Assembly: GCA_047605345.1 (NCBI GenBank)
Contig: JASGFZ010000001.1
Coordinates: 1-49,925 of the forward strand
Direction: 5' to 3'
DNA from: Flavihumibacter sp.
Lineage (GTDB): Bacteria; Bacteroidota; Bacteroidia; Chitinophagales; Chitinophagaceae
DNA: 49,925 bases
The translations under genes were made by a program, and so were the position numbers. How positions within the stretch are numbered: the stretch's first letter is position 1; the number at the start of each line of letters is the position of its first letter. This document shows positions 48,087 to 49,925 of this stretch, piece by piece. Below the pieces are notes generated by a model that saw only the letters and a program-made list of their open reading frames with translations, was not told where the DNA came from and did no database searches.

Positions 48087-49925
48087 TTAGAAGGTTAGGT
48101 TTACACCGAAATAGGCATTTACAGGAAGCGGATAGTTGAAGCCGGTTTCGGGATCGAGGCCGGTGAACTTGTCGTCTCCCCACGATTTGGTTAAGGTCAT
48201 CAGGTTCTGACCGGAGATATACATGCGGAGCTGTTGTATGCCCAGGCGGCTGATCAGCTTAGGCGGCAGGGTATAACCAATATCTACGGTGCGGAGCTTG
48301 AGGTAAGAGCCGTTTTCGATATAGTACGACGACAATCTTTTTTCACCGTTGGCATCGCCCCTCGACAAGGCCGGGATGGTGGAGTTGGGGTTGTCGGGCG
48401 TCCATGCATCGAGTATGCGCGAAGGGTGGTTGCGGTCGTTCTGTACAGAGATGTTCCAGAAATCGCTCAGCTCTTTCCAGTTGTTGTATATCTGGTTGCC
48501 GAATACACCCTGGAAGAAAACGGTGATATCGAAGTTTTTGTAACGGGCTTCGAAATTCAGGCCGGCCGCCAGGCGGGGGTCCCAAACGCCGATCCAGGCC
48601 CTGTCGTACAATTCACTTACCGTACCGTCGCCATCCAGGTCGCGGTAACGGATGCGGCCGAGCCCCTTGCCGTTTTGCGCTGCGTAATCATCCACTTCCT
48701 TTTGCGTGCGGAACAAACCGTCTGCCACCAGGCCATAATAAGAGTGCAGGGGCCGGCCTTCGATATAATCCAGCAGGCCATTGCCGCCATAAGCATATTT
48801 TACGTTTTCAGGCACTTTACCTACCCTGTTTTTAAAGGCCGATAAATTGGTGGTAATGGTGTATGAAAAATCTTTTTTGCTTTCGCCCCAGCTGAGCAAC
48901 AGCTCAAAACCTTTGTTGTTCATATCGGCGGCATTGACCCAGCGGTAGCCGCCTTCACCGAGGGCTGCTATATAGGGCGGTTCGAACAGCATGCCGAATG
49001 TTTTTTTGTTGAACCAGTCGAATGAACCACGCAGGCGGTTGGTCAGCAGGCTGAAGTCGACGCCCAGGTTGAGCTGTTCGGTGGTTTCCCATTTCAGGTC
49101 AGGGTTGCCCAGGCTCGCGCGGCGGTAGCCCGAGGGAATATTGGTGGAAGATCCGTCGATGGGATAAGAAGTGCCGCCCAGGTCGGTGGTATAAATATTC
49201 ACCAGCTTGCCGGCGCTGAGCGGCGCCGAGTTACCGTTTTGTCCCCAGCTGGCCCGCAGCTTGAGATCGGATACAAAACCCACGTCTTTCATGAATTTTT
49301 CGTCGCTGATGCGCCAGCCGGCAGAAACAGCGGGGAAGGTTCCGTAGCGGTTATTGGCGCCGAATACCGAAGCGCCATCGCGCCGCATGGTAAGGCTCAG
49401 CAGGTATTTGGCATCAAAAGCATAGTTGATCTTGCCGAAATAGGAAAACAGGCGCACTTCGCTGCCGCCGCCGTTCAGTGTATAGGAAGTGCTTGACGTG
49501 GTGGCATTGAGGTAACCGTAGTCGCGGTTTTCCAGCAATACGTTTTGCCGGTAGCCTTTCAGGTCTTCGGTAATAAACGAATAAGATTCCACGCCGGCAA
49601 CCGCATCCACTTTGTGCTGGCCGAGGTTCAGGTTATAGGTCAGCGTGTTGGTCCAGGTACGGCCCAGGTTCTGCCAGGTATTCTGCGTAACACCGTTTAC
49701 ATCGCTGCTTTTGCCGCCTGCCTCCGCCCATTTTTTCTGGATGATGCGTTCGTACCACATGCTGTAGTCCACACCGTATTGCGTGCGAAGCGCCAGGTTG
49801 TCGAGTATCTTGAGGTTGGCATAGGCCGAGCCCAGCACCTTCATGAAATTGGGTACATTGTCGGCATTCATACGCAGGTCGCGGATCGGGTTATTGTAGT
49901 CGTCCATGCCGAGCTTCATCGCCAC
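48087..49925 (-). CDS. SusC/RagA TonB-dependent transporter (5' part outside the window)
   Basis: RRDGASVFG..NRYGTFPAVSAGWRIS.E.F, NPDLKWETT, YRDLDGDG, ENGSYLKLR and C-terminal GVNLTF. Confidence 0.96.
   Translation of the reverse strand: MAMKLGMDDYNNPIRDLRMNADNVPNFMKVLGSAYANLKILDNLALRTQYGVDYSMWYERIIQKKWAEAGGKSSDVNGVTQNTWQNLGRTWTNTLTYNLNLGQHKVDAVAGVESYSFITEDLKGYRQNVLLENRDYGYLNATTSSTSYTLNGGGSEVRLFSYFGKINYAFDAKYLLSLTMRRDGASVFGANNRYGTFPAVSAGWRISDEKFMKDVGFVSDLKLRASWGQNGNSAPLSAGKLVNIYTTDLGGTSYPIDGSSTNIPSGYRRASLGNPDLKWETTEQLNLGVDFSLLTNRLRGSFDWFNKKTFGMLFEPPYIAALGEGGYRWVNAADMNNKGFELLLSWGESKKDFSYTITTNLSAFKNRVGKVPENVKYAYGGNGLLDYIEGRPLHSYYGLVADGLFRTQKEVDDYAAQNGKGLGRIRYRDLDGDGTVSELYDRAWIGVWDPRLAAGLNFEARYKNFDITVFFQGVFGNQIYNNWKELSDFWNISVQNDRNHPSRILDAWTPDNPNSTIPALSRGDANGEKRLSSYYIENGSYLKLRTVDIGYTLPPKLISRLGIQQLRMYISGQNLMTLTKSWGDDKFTGLDPETGFNYPLPVNAYFGVNLTF

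Overview
Chromosomal window from a Bacteroidota bacterium, probably Chitinophagaceae-like (inferred from SusC/SusD, TAnnTTTG promoters and gene style). About 1-27.7 kb is mostly housekeeping: metX / osmC-metZ, beta-CASP RNase, thioesterase, lysA, scpB, atpG, secA, GH130, alditol oxidase, an amidohydrolase pair, deoC, a SPOR protein, an M20 hydrolase, maeB, mlaEF and sucD. It is interrupted by a nested palindromic repeat element (~4.98-5.41 kb) and an internally deleted hipBA-like toxin-antitoxin relic with an intact 19-bp operator-like palindrome (~14.9-15.8 kb). About 27.7-30.4 kb is an AT-rich accessory patch with a DUF6934-like two-gene cassette, a small T9SS-type protein and two broken paralogous membrane genes that the ORF track largely missed (orphan-immunity-like). 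A bacterial alpha-2-macroglobulin follows. The rest (36.6 kb to the end) is a minus-strand polysaccharide utilisation locus: SusC, SusD, small lipoprotein, LacI, GH172, DUF6786-like lipoprotein, FucI, FucP, GH116. Its enzyme set points to D-arabinan (mycobacterial/actinobacterial cell-wall glycan) utilisation, which is the most interesting system here. Several conserved genes (secA, scpB, maeB, thioesterase) carry small indels that most likely reflect sequencing or assembly error. Family assignments come from motif recognition by eye, not database searches.
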